Shown: piece by piece, positions 1-7,091 of the stretch
Position numbering within the stretch: the first letter of the stretch is position 1
Layout of the letters: each line of letters begins with the position of its first letter
Virus record (IMG/VR): IMGVR_UViG_2721755498_000003
Direction: 5' to 3' (one strand)
DNA from: a virus
Taxonomy: Duplodnaviria > Heunggongvirae > Uroviricota > Caudoviricetes
DNA length: 15,362 nucleotides
Notes under the pieces: model-generated
Told to the model about the DNA's origin: nothing
The model's input: only the letters and a program-made list of their open reading frames with translations
Databases searched by the model: none
Made by a program: the position numbers and the translations under genes

Positions 1-19
1 CTATTTGATAAATATTAAA

Positions 20-1315
20 TTAATTTTTCATTGCTTCGTTATGGGGCATGGTTGGGGCAAACTCGCTTAACTGTGTATTTAACAAAGCTACCTGTGCATT
101 ATTGTTTTCAGACATCCATTTTCCGTATACCTGAAATACCATTTGCGCATTTGCATGGCCCATCTGGTTTGCTATAAATGCCGGGTTAGCACCAGCTGTC
201 AGCGACCAGCAGGCATAAGTATGTCTCGACTGATATGATTTTCGATGGCGGAGTCCGGCACGTTTTATCGCTGCGTCCCACATCTGCCTTATTGAGTCAA
301 CGGTAAAATGGTCACCATAATTTTTTACTCTCGCTGACACTTCAGGTTGAAAAACAAAGGTGCATTTTTGTTTTTCTGTTCTGCCATACTCTCTGAGGTG
401 AACATCAATGATATGCTCTTTGCTCAGTCTCGTTAATGTCATCTGACTCCGGAGAGCGTCGATTGCTGGCTTAATAAGATGAATGACCCGATTGGTTCCC
501 GCCTGTGTTTTTGGTACCGTGAAACGGTCTTTTGCTAAATTTCTCCTGATCATCATTGTTCCATTTTTCAGATCTATGTCCTCCCATCCAAGTGCACACA
601 GCTCACCAGGGCGAACGCCAGTATAAACAGAAACACACCATAAATTTTTTGCTTGCTGATTTCTGCACGCATCGATAAGACGGATAAATTCCTCCCGCGA
701 AAGAGGATCCGGAATGGTTCTTGATTCCTTTAATGGCGAGATCCCCTTAAACGGATTATCTGCCAGGTAACCGTTATCAACACCAAACTGGAACACGGCG
801 TTAAGATTTGTCATGTAATTATTTACAGTTACAGCCGATCTCCCTGGTTGTGTAACAATATAGTTACTTTTGGGGATCTGGTATCCAGTCAGTAGCTCTT
901 TACGAACCTCCAGTAATTTTTCTTTATTAATCGATGAGGCAAGATTTTTTTCACCGATTATGCTCAGGATATTTTTGATGACGGCACGGTATGTGTTGAG
1001 TGATGTTTTGGCGACTTCAGTTTCTTTCAGTGCCAGAAATTTTTCAGCCAGTTCTTTTATGGTTAAATCTTGTCGGGCCTCACCAAATTTTTCCAGATTG
1101 CGTGAGGAGGGAAACTGTTTTGCATAGTCGAAAACACCAGTTTTTATTGCGTAACAAACAGAGGAGCGTAGTTCACCTGCAACGCGCCTGTTTTTTGCTG
1201 TGTCAGGAACCCCCAGATTTTCCCTGACTCTTACGCCTTTATAAACAAACCAGATACGTAATTTCCCTCCATGGTTTTCCACGCCTGTCGGATATTTCAT
1301 TTCAACTTCTCTCAT
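20..1315 (-). CDS. Phage tyrosine integrase (site-specific recombinase)
   Basis: 431-aa ORF at the prophage end. C-terminal region carries the tyrosine-recombinase signature (...SRHTYACW... then ...MGHANAQMVFQVYGKW..., i.e. R/H-x-x-R box and GH...Y catalytic tyrosine, like lambda Int LGHKSDTMASQY). Followed on the same strand by a small xis-like gene. The 3' end abuts the window start, so the att site should lie just left of position 20. Confidence 0.9.
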   Translation of the reverse strand: MREVEMKYPTGVENHGGKLRIWFVYKGVRVRENLGVPDTAKNRRVAGELRSSVCYAIKTGVFDYAKQFPSSRNLEKFGEARQDLTIKELAEKFLALKETEVAKTSLNTYRAVIKNILSIIGEKNLASSINKEKLLEVRKELLTGYQIPKSNYIVTQPGRSAVTVNNYMTNLNAVFQFGVDNGYLADNPFKGISPLKESRTIPDPLSREEFIRLIDACRNQQAKNLWCVSVYTGVRPGELCALGWEDIDLKNGTMMIRRNLAKDRFTVPKTQAGTNRVIHLIKPAIDALRSQMTLTRLSKEHIIDVHLREYGRTEKQKCTFVFQPEVSARVKNYGDHFTVDSIRQMWDAAIKRAGLRHRKSYQSRHTYACWSLTAGANPAFIANQMGHANAQMVFQVYGKWMSENNNAQVALLNTQLSEFAPTMPHNEAMKN

Positions 1316-1334
1316 TAGTTAGTGTGGCTTTTAG

Positions 1335-1586
1335 TTAAGTAAGATGACGTCTTGGTCTCGCTGATGCCTGGCGCTCAATCCAGCGATCAATTTCTTCCAG
1401 GTTGTAAAAGCATGGACTGTTATCCCATGGCATACCGTCATGAGCGACATGCTTATATTCCCTTCCTTCCATAAACGATTTTTCCCGGGCCTTTTTTAAC
1501 GTACCTTTTTTTATTCCTTTCAGCGCAATTAACTGCTCTTCGGATACCCATTTGCCGGGAGAGACAATCATGATTACTTCGCTCAT
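1335..1586 (-). CDS. Excisionase-like small protein (Xis-type directionality factor)
   Basis: 83-aa ORF immediately upstream of int on the same strand with a 19-nt gap; basic C-terminus (RQASARPRRH). Size and position are typical of lambdoid xis. Function assigned mainly by context. Confidence 0.6.
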   Translation of the reverse strand: MSEVIMIVSPGKWVSEEQLIALKGIKKGTLKKAREKSFMEGREYKHVAHDGMPWDNSPCFYNLEEIDRWIERQASARPRRHLT

Positions 1587-1658
1587 CGATTTCTTTATCT
1601 CTTACATCAGACGAGCGCCGGTTGCAGAATACCAGTCACAACCGGCGACAGTTGAACA

Positions 1659-4130
1659 TTAAGAATCAGCCTGACTCGGGATCAGTTTTTGCCAGATAAC
1701 TGAAACGTATTTTGCCTGGTAACGGGCGTCATCAAGTGCATTATGGCGCTCACCTTCGAATGGAATAGCCGTTCTGGCATCGAAGTCTATGGCTTTCCCC
1801 AGCTCAACGATTGTGCGTACATCGCGATCGTTGTAGTAACGCCACGGGCAGGGGATCCCCTGCCGTTCGTATGAACGGCGCAAAATCGTGTTGTCGAAGT
1901 TGGCTCCATTTCCCCAAACCTGAACAAAAAATTCACCGGAGTTTTCGTCGATAAATTCCCGCAATTGTAACAGTGCATCATCTAACGGGATTTCATCGGT
2001 CATAATGGCAGATTGCGCTTCGCGTGATTGCTTAAGCCACCATTTAATGGTGTCCCGATCAATGACTCCGCCAGCAGTTTCCAGATCGATAGTCTTACTA
2101 TATTCCGGTCCCATATCTCCGGTTTGCGGATCGAAAAATATTGCACCTATTGAGATGATCGGGGCATCAGGATTTTTTCCCATGGTTTCAAGGTCGATCA
2201 TTAGATGGTCACACGTCCTGCTGGTGGATGTGATTTCGTGATGACCGTTCACCTTAATTGGGTGATCTGCCGTCTCGCCAGTTTCATTATCGCTATTGTG
2301 ATGCTGATTGCCGCCAGTGTTCTCCTTGTGTGGATGTTCAGCGCCTTCCATTTCCTCCGGATCATCTTCCTGAACTTCAACCTGATACTCTTCATCGAAT
2401 GTTTCTTGGTATGTTGCGTCGCCCATCACCGCGCCACAATCAGGGCAGTTGCCGCCGCCGGTCTGACCGCAGGCGGTGCAGACTTTTTCCACTTCCTGTT
2501 GCGCCACTGGTTCAGGCTGTTTCGTTTCTGGCTCGTTTTGTAACGCATTTGGACTGTTTTGTTCCGCTTTTTGGTAGTTCCGTTCCGATTCATGCTGGTT
2601 CTGGTTCACAGAATCGCGGGTCTGGATCCCCTTAACCCATTTCGGATCATTCGGGTCACTAATCCCTTCAACAAATTCACCACGTGATGCAGCAAGCAAC
2701 TTATCGGCGTCAGGCTGGCTGATATTGGCTGCCTGCATAATTTTGTTTACTTCGTCAGCGGTAACTTTTATCGGCTCTGGTTGTTCTGAATCTTCAGCGG
2801 TATCTACATTTTGCGGTAAGCCCGTGTATGTGCCATTTTTTCGGGCAAAATATTCTTCTTTTGTGATTTCAGTGGCGCCAGCAGCCAGTGCCTTATCCAG
2901 ACCAGAAAGTTTGTTTGCGCGACCGTATTTTTCTCCGTCCTTATCTGCGAAGAGGAAATAGAACGGCCCCTCACGCTCTACAGATGGTTCAGCTTCCGGC
3001 GCGGTTTCATTTTTTGGGATATCAGATACCTCAGTTTCCACTGCATCAGTTTGTGTTTCTGATGACTGGAGAACATCAACAGTGCCCAGGTCTGTTTCTT
3101 CATTCTCAAACACGCCCTTTGTCGTCAGGTATTCGCAGATATATTTGTTCAGTGCTATGGGATCTTTGTGAATGTCGATCGGACGCTCACGGACAAGGCC
3201 AAAAATAGTCTGGCGGTCGTAGCGAAGGGCATCAGGCTGTTTGCGCATTGATGCCGAGATACGCTTCCAGTCTTCGCGGTCGTTGTCGATAACTTCTTTT
3301 TTTGCCCAGCGATGGATGCTGCCGTCAATGTTTCCGGCATCCACATCACCAGGCCAGAGAGCGTAGGCCAGTTCGTCATCCAGTGTTTTCCATGTCTGCT
3401 TGTATTCGCGATGAATGGCAGCAATGACCGGGCTGATTTTTCCTGTTGAATTTTCAGTGTACTGTTGATTGGTTCTGGCGCGGGCGAGATCAACAACAGA
3501 CGTGTATTTTCCGGTTTCCTTGCGTTCACCTTCGCGACGTTTTTTCCAGATGCGCATCTCTGCCTGAATTTCGGGCCATTTAGCACCAGGAATACATTTA
3601 TGCTTAACCCACCCAATGGCGTGCAACTTAAGCTCCGGATACATGGCGTTAACTTCTGGCATTTTCATCAACGCTTCAACGATATGTCCGTCGAATGTTG
3701 CCATGTCTTCCTGCAACAATTCCTGTGCGCTAATAACCATATCAACGGTGATGTTTTCACATGTGTCGAACTTAACCATGACAGCGTTCTGTACTTCAGG
3801 GGCCAGCTTGTCAAAAGTGACGTTCATCGGATCGGATTCAGTCTCAACCGGGACAAAAGAAGCAGACTCCTCATCCCAGCGGTTTTCCTGCATATATTCA
3901 GCATCCCATGAATCGAGGGCAGGGCGGGGTATGCCAGGTTTATCCTCGCAGACAATAAATTTATAAGCGCAGTCCTGAGCAGCCGGATAATGTTCCAGGA
4001 ACTGCCAGTGAAATTTTGCTCGAGCACGGCGTTCGTCGCCAGCTTCAATGGCTGTGGCTACAGCCACAGCGCCTTCTTCCCTTGTTGCCAGTTCGTCAGG
4101 AATAGCGGCGCAAATAAAGACTTTACTCAT
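1659..4130 (-). CDS. RecE-like exodeoxyribonuclease VIII-family protein with C-terminal DnaQ-like DEDDh 3'-5' exonuclease domain
   Basis: 823-aa ORF with GAGG RBS upstream of the ATG at 4128-4130. Central segment KLLAASRGEFVEGISDPNDPKWVKGIQTRD matches the conserved RecE core as I recall it. C-terminal ~180 aa carry DEDDh motifs (HLMIDLETMG ... FDNT ... HNALDDARYQ). Long Asp/Glu-rich linkers and a C-x2-C-x7-C-x2-C zinc ribbon (CTACGQTGGGNCPDC, nt 2436-2480). Confidence 0.8.
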   Translation of the reverse strand: MSKVFICAAIPDELATREEGAVAVATAIEAGDERRARAKFHWQFLEHYPAAQDCAYKFIVCEDKPGIPRPALDSWDAEYMQENRWDEESASFVPVETESDPMNVTFDKLAPEVQNAVMVKFDTCENITVDMVISAQELLQEDMATFDGHIVEALMKMPEVNAMYPELKLHAIGWVKHKCIPGAKWPEIQAEMRIWKKRREGERKETGKYTSVVDLARARTNQQYTENSTGKISPVIAAIHREYKQTWKTLDDELAYALWPGDVDAGNIDGSIHRWAKKEVIDNDREDWKRISASMRKQPDALRYDRQTIFGLVRERPIDIHKDPIALNKYICEYLTTKGVFENEETDLGTVDVLQSSETQTDAVETEVSDIPKNETAPEAEPSVEREGPFYFLFADKDGEKYGRANKLSGLDKALAAGATEITKEEYFARKNGTYTGLPQNVDTAEDSEQPEPIKVTADEVNKIMQAANISQPDADKLLAASRGEFVEGISDPNDPKWVKGIQTRDSVNQNQHESERNYQKAEQNSPNALQNEPETKQPEPVAQQEVEKVCTACGQTGGGNCPDCGAVMGDATYQETFDEEYQVEVQEDDPEEMEGAEHPHKENTGGNQHHNSDNETGETADHPIKVNGHHEITSTSRTCDHLMIDLETMGKNPDAPIISIGAIFFDPQTGDMGPEYSKTIDLETAGGVIDRDTIKWWLKQSREAQSAIMTDEIPLDDALLQLREFIDENSGEFFVQVWGNGANFDNTILRRSYERQGIPCPWRYYNDRDVRTIVELGKAIDFDARTAIPFEGERHNALDDARYQAKYVSVIWQKLIPSQADS

Positions 4131-4223
4131 TTTGTTTTAACCTCATGACAGATTTAAGGATGAACAAATCCCTGCCATTGCTGGCATATAAGAATGAAAC
4201 CGGATATTTATTACGGAACTGTT

Positions 4224-4415
4224 TTAAAGACCTGCCGGGATTTCGATATTATCCTGGTGAATAACTTTATCGACCGGGTAACAGTTACCGGGAATTTTCT
4301 GTTCGGTTGCTGCAGTCATACACTCCTGCATTGTCCTGTGCACACTGACTGCAATATCAACTGGCTCTCCGGAAACAAGAAAAACTGTCAGAACAAGCAC
4401 AAATGCTGAATTCAT
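4224..4415 (-). CDS. ydfD: Small lysis protein YdfD (63 aa) with N-terminal hydrophobic segment
   Basis: Start chosen at the internal ATG (4413-4415) that gives MNSAFVLVLTVFLVSGEPVD..., matching Qin YdfD as I recall it. This ATG overlaps the dicB stop in an ATGA arrangement, suggesting translational coupling. The six-frame ORF extends to 4469 but that extension lacks an RBS. Confidence 0.7.
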   Translation of the reverse strand: MNSAFVLVLTVFLVSGEPVDIAVSVHRTMQECMTAATEQKIPGNCYPVDKVIHQDNIEIPAGL

Positions 4416-4600
4416 TGTGCACATCCTTTTGGCATCAGACGTAAACGAGCCAGCATTGAAACAATGCATATTTTATTTAATAGCTCCCGTTCTTGTTTTC
4501 TCTTGTTAATGGCATCTTCAGTAAATACTGGGTTACTGATAGTGACACCAATTTCAAAACAACCTTCAGACGTATTAACGTTTGGTAATAACGTTTTCAT
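4412..4600 (-). CDS. dicB: Cell-division inhibitor DicB (62 aa)
   Basis: Internal Met of ORF 4412..4705 gives MKTLLPNVNTSEGCFEIGVTISNPVFTEDAINKRKQERELLNKICIVSMLARLRLMPKGCAQ, which I recognise as DicB. GAGG RBS lies about 9 nt upstream. Located downstream of DicF in the same operon, as in Qin. Confidence 0.8.
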   Translation of the reverse strand: MKTLLPNVNTSEGCFEIGVTISNPVFTEDAINKRKQERELLNKICIVSMLARLRLMPKGCAQ

Positions 4601-4769
4601 TATCGCGTCCTCAACAATGAATTTTGTGATGCAGTGCCTGGTGCCTCCAGGTGACGTTAACCAGTTAACAATTAACGCCGGATACAGAGAATCCACCCAT
4701 AACACTGTTTTTGGTTTTAACTGTTCCGCGTGCGCTCAGCCGCATTCACCACATCACAAAATTCACTTT

Positions 4770-4827
4770 AAAAAGGGCGGCAGAGCAGTCACGGAGTAAA
4801 ACTGATACCGCCAAACGTCACCAGAAA
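4770..4827 (-). ncRNA. dicF: DicF small regulatory RNA (ftsZ-targeting sRNA) with intrinsic terminator
   Basis: Minus-strand sequence TTTCTGGTGACGTTTGGCGGTATCAGTTTTACTCCGTGACTGCTCTGCCGCCCTTTTT matches the DicF RNA as I recall it. It ends in a GGCGG...CCGCC hairpin followed by a T-run. Lies between ydfC and dicB. Confidence 0.8.
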
Positions 4828-5167
4828 ATTGATAACAGAGGGCGTTGCAGCGGGGTTGTCACTTAAGCGTATGGTCAACCTGACAACCCGGTGTCCTCAA
4901 CGGGGAAGGAATAACCTCGCCATACTTACCGCCGCGCCATTTCGCGGGTTGCCACAACCGGAAGCGCACGGTCGACGAAAATTTAACGACAGGCTATCTA
5001 TGAACCAGCTACCTCGCCGTGCGCTTTCGCGTTATGGTCTGACTTTTCAGGGAAATATCCTTTCAGTAAACTGTCAGTGCCGGATGCTCACCCGTGTCCG
5101 GCGCACGCACTCCACCTCACCCGTGGAGAACTCCTTAATTACTAACCTTAGCTTTGTTGATTAGCTA

Positions 5168-5386
5168 CTAACGCGGGTATGTAATCATTCTGGCAATGCT
5201 TAATGCCGCTGCTTTTTCCAGATTGGTGATATCCTGCTCCAGAGCGGACAGATTTTCAGCCTGCTTAGCCCTGGTTTCATTGGCCCATTTCAAATCCTGC
5301 GCTGCATTAATTTTCTGGCGCATCCACTCATAAAGTTCATCATCGGTATAGTCTGGCGCGATGATGACGGGTTCTCGTTTCTGCAT
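5168..5386 (-). CDS. ydfC: YdfC-like small protein (72 aa)
   Basis: 72-aa ORF (MQKREPVIIAPDYTDDELYEWMRQKINAAQDLKWANETRAKQ...) with GAGG RBS 8 nt upstream. Position in the ydfABC-dicF-dicB operon as in Qin. Confidence 0.7.
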   Translation of the reverse strand: MQKREPVIIAPDYTDDELYEWMRQKINAAQDLKWANETRAKQAENLSALEQDITNLEKAAALSIARMITYPR

Positions 5387-5415
5387 ACTGATTCCTCGCG
5401 GTGCTGTTTCGCTTA

Positions 5416-5544
5416 TCAGCCGTTAGATTTTGCCGAACTGGAAAGCGCCTGTTTAAATTCGTTGAAGCTGAGAGCTTCTTCGCCGTCGGCAAGACCTTCG
5501 AAGTATTCTTCGTAAGCCTTTTCCATGATTGTGTCGAAATCCAT
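5416..5544 (-). CDS. ydfB: YdfB-like small acidic protein (42 aa)
   Basis: Not in the six-frame track because it is under 60 aa. Hand translation of the minus strand gives MDFDTIMEKAYEEYFEGLADGEEALSFNEFKQALSSSAKSNG then TGA. AGGT-type RBS 7 nt upstream; the start lies 1 nt after the ydfA stop. An in-frame upstream ATG at 5584-5586 would add 14 aa (MVPVAGWKETQVSD) overlapping ydfA. Confidence 0.6.
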   Translation of the reverse strand: MDFDTIMEKAYEEYFEGLADGEEALSFNEFKQALSSSAKSNG

Positions 5545-5545
5545 A

Positions 5546-5701
5546 TCACTCACCTGGGTTTCTTTCCAGCCAGCGACGGGCACCATTTTCGGTTTTAAAC
5601 GTTTTGCTTTTGGTATACGTCATCGCGGTGAACGTACCGTCCTGGTTGGGGAACACGCCACATACCAGAGATTCGCTGTTGCCAAGATCGATAGTATCCA
5701 T
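5546..5701 (-). CDS. ydfA: YdfA-like small protein (51 aa)
   Basis: Start chosen at the internal ATG (5699-5701) giving MDTIDLGNSESLVCGVFPNQDGTFTAMTYTKSKTFKTENGARRWLERNPGE, with GAGG RBS 5 nt upstream. The longer six-frame ORF to 5755 has no RBS. First gene of the dicB operon. Confidence 0.6.
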   Translation of the reverse strand: MDTIDLGNSESLVCGVFPNQDGTFTAMTYTKSKTFKTENGARRWLERNPGE

Positions 5702-5780
5702 GCTGACCTCATTTCCCCTTAACGCCGGGGTAGCGGAACTGTTTGCTGAGAACACCGTGCGGTGTCTTGATGGAAAATAA

Positions 5781-5834
5781 TTTAGAATAACCTAACATGA
5801 GAGGCAAGTGTTTTTTGTTAGATTGATCTAACAA
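5781..5834 (-). promoter_or_regulatory. Promoter/operator region of the ydfABC-dicF-dicB operon (P_dicB analogue) with palindromic repressor operator
   Basis: Near-perfect palindrome TTGTTAGA-TTGA-TCTAACAA at 5815-5834, plus a degenerate second site at about 5781-5798 (TTTAGA...CTAACA). On the minus strand a TTGCCT -35-like hexamer sits between the two sites. Located between the dicA stop and the ydfA start. Confidence 0.5.
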
Positions 5835-5869
5835 AAAGGGTGGGCGCAACTAATCACTTGAAAAGAATG

Positions 5870-6277
5870 TTATTTTATTGATTTATTTTTACGCGCTTTA
5901 AGCATTTCTTCGAAGAGTTTGTTGAAGTTTTCTACTCTTGCGCGCATTTCAGACAGCAAGGCTTCCTGCTCGGAAGATGGAAGAGCATCGAATAATTCGA
6001 TCAATTCTTTGTGGTTGGGAGTTAGCTCTGTTTCCACATGAAGTTCTTGTGCAGGCACTGGTGCCTTGTCTTCGTCACCAAACATTAGCCATGTAGGTGA
6101 GCACTTCAGAGCATCCGCTAAAGCAAACAATCGTTTTCCGACTGGCTGGGTTTCGTCTCTTTCCCATTGTGAAATTGTGACGTGAGCAACTCCAGCGAGG
6201 CGCGCGGCTTCTCGTTGTGTTAAGCGTAATTCTTTTCGTCGCGCCAGAACTCGCTGGCCCAGGGTTCTTGTATCCAT
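5870..6277 (-). CDS. dicA: DicA-like repressor (XRE/cI-type HTH N-terminus, DicA-type C-terminus)
   Basis: 135-aa ORF. HTH region LTQREAARLAGVAHVTISQWERDETQP. C-terminal motifs CSPTWLMFGDEDK and EMRARVENFNKLFEEMLKAR are recognisably DicA-like, but the N-terminal half is diverged from my recollection of K-12 DicA. Divergent from a Cro-like gene. Confidence 0.8.
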   Translation of the reverse strand: MDTRTLGQRVLARRKELRLTQREAARLAGVAHVTISQWERDETQPVGKRLFALADALKCSPTWLMFGDEDKAPVPAQELHVETELTPNHKELIELFDALPSSEQEALLSEMRARVENFNKLFEEMLKARKNKSIK

Positions 6278-6299
6278 AGTTAGGTAATTCTAATTTTTC

Positions 6300-6344
6300 T
6301 TGACTTAGGTATCCCGCGCACAATAATGTTAGAAAAGTCTAACA
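6300..6344 (+). promoter_or_regulatory. Rightward early promoter (P_dicC, pR analogue) with overlapping operator
   Basis: -35 TTGACT (6300-6305), 16-nt spacer, -10 AATAAT (6322-6327). The palindrome TGTTAGA-AAAG-TCTAACA (6327-6344) overlaps the -10 and start site. On the opposite strand a TAGAAT -10-like element sits 12 nt before the dicA ATG, suggesting a nearly leaderless repressor transcript. Confidence 0.55.
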
Positions 6345-6358
6345 AGAGGGGGGCTTTG

Positions 6359-6586
6359 ATGCTTAAAGTTGACGCAATTACTTTTTTTGGCAGCAAAACA
6401 AAGCTTGCCAATGCCGCAGGAGTGAGGCTGGCAAGTGTTGCTGCTTGGGAGATACTGGTTCCTGAAGGTCGCGCGATGCGTCTACAGGAGGCATCTGGCG
6501 GGGAGCTTCAGTATGATCCCAAAGTTTATGATGAATATCGTAAGACGAAGCGGGCGGGGCGGTTGAACAATGAAAATCACTCCTGA
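6359..6586 (+). CDS. dicC: DicC/Cro-like small regulator (75 aa)
   Basis: Start at the internal ATG 6359 (MLKVDAITFFGSKTKLANAAGVRLASVAAW...) preceded by a GAGGGG RBS. The six-frame ORF starts at 6326 inside the operator. Divergent from dicA, in the Cro position of the switch. Confidence 0.7.
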   Translation: MLKVDAITFFGSKTKLANAAGVRLASVAAWEILVPEGRAMRLQEASGGELQYDPKVYDEYRKTKRAGRLNNENHS

Positions 6587-7091
6587 ACAGGCTCGTGAGG
6601 CTCTGGATGCCTGGATATGTCGACCAGGAATGACACAGGAGCAGGCGACGATATTAATCACTGAAGCATTCTGGGCTTTGAAAGAGCGCCCGAACATCGA
6701 TGTTCAGCGTGTCACAGATGAAGGTGGCGCGGTTGATCAGCGAGCGCTTGGTGTTAATCGAGTGAAGATATTCGAACGCTGGAAGGCTATCGACACCAGG
6801 GATAAGCGTGAAAAGTTCACGGCGCTAGTGCCTGCGATTATGGAGGCTATCCGGATTAGTGATTTCAGGTTGTATCGTGAAATTACTGACGGAAAAAGCA
6901 TCACGTGCATGATCGCCGGGTTAAACAAAGAATATGGCGATGTGGTGGAGTCCGGACTGCTTTTTGCTGATCCTGCCGTAGTGGATCGTGAAACTGACGA
7001 ACTTATAGAAAAAGCAATTGCTTTCAAGCTTGCGTATCGACAGCAATACCAACAAAAAGCTGGATGGAATTATGAGCCTTCTTTTTGCTGA
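6570..7091 (+). CDS. YdaT/CII-like early regulatory protein (putative)
   Basis: 173-aa ORF overlapping the dicC end by 17 nt. It sits in the position occupied by cII/YdaT-family genes in lambdoid prophages. Function is inferred from context and weak recollection of the family. Confidence 0.5.
   Translation: MKITPEQAREALDAWICRPGMTQEQATILITEAFWALKERPNIDVQRVTDEGGAVDQRALGVNRVKIFERWKAIDTRDKREKFTALVPAIMEAIRISDFRLYREITDGKSITCMIAGLNKEYGDVVESGLLFADPAVVDRETDELIEKAIAFKLAYRQQYQQKAGWNYEPSFC

Noticed and set aside
1-19. Prophage attachment site at the window start
   Set aside because: Only 19 nt lie outside the int stop and the other prophage end is not in the window, so no direct repeat can be identified.
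2005-4048. Nine plus- and minus-strand ORFs (61-153 aa) overlapping the exonuclease gene
   Set aside because: All are embedded in or antisense to the 823-aa gene, lack RBSs and have low-complexity or Cys/Arg-rich translations typical of shadow frames.
4464-4799. 111-aa plus-strand ORF and the upstream extensions of dicB (to 4705) and ydfD (to 4469)
   Set aside because: Internal starts with proper RBSs reproduce the known 62- and 63-aa proteins. The extensions lack RBSs, and the plus-strand ORF is antisense to dicB/DicF.
4829-5164. 111-aa plus-strand ORF in the ydfC-DicF interval
   Set aside because: Opposite to the operon's transcription direction, Arg-rich translation, no RBS. The interval is better explained as the structured DicF precursor.
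5340-5780. Alternative-frame ORFs across the ydfA/ydfB/ydfC region (5340..5549, 5401..5598, 5525..5722, 5529..5780)
   Set aside because: They overlap the RBS-supported ydfA/B/C frames in other frames or on the opposite strand and have basic low-complexity translations.
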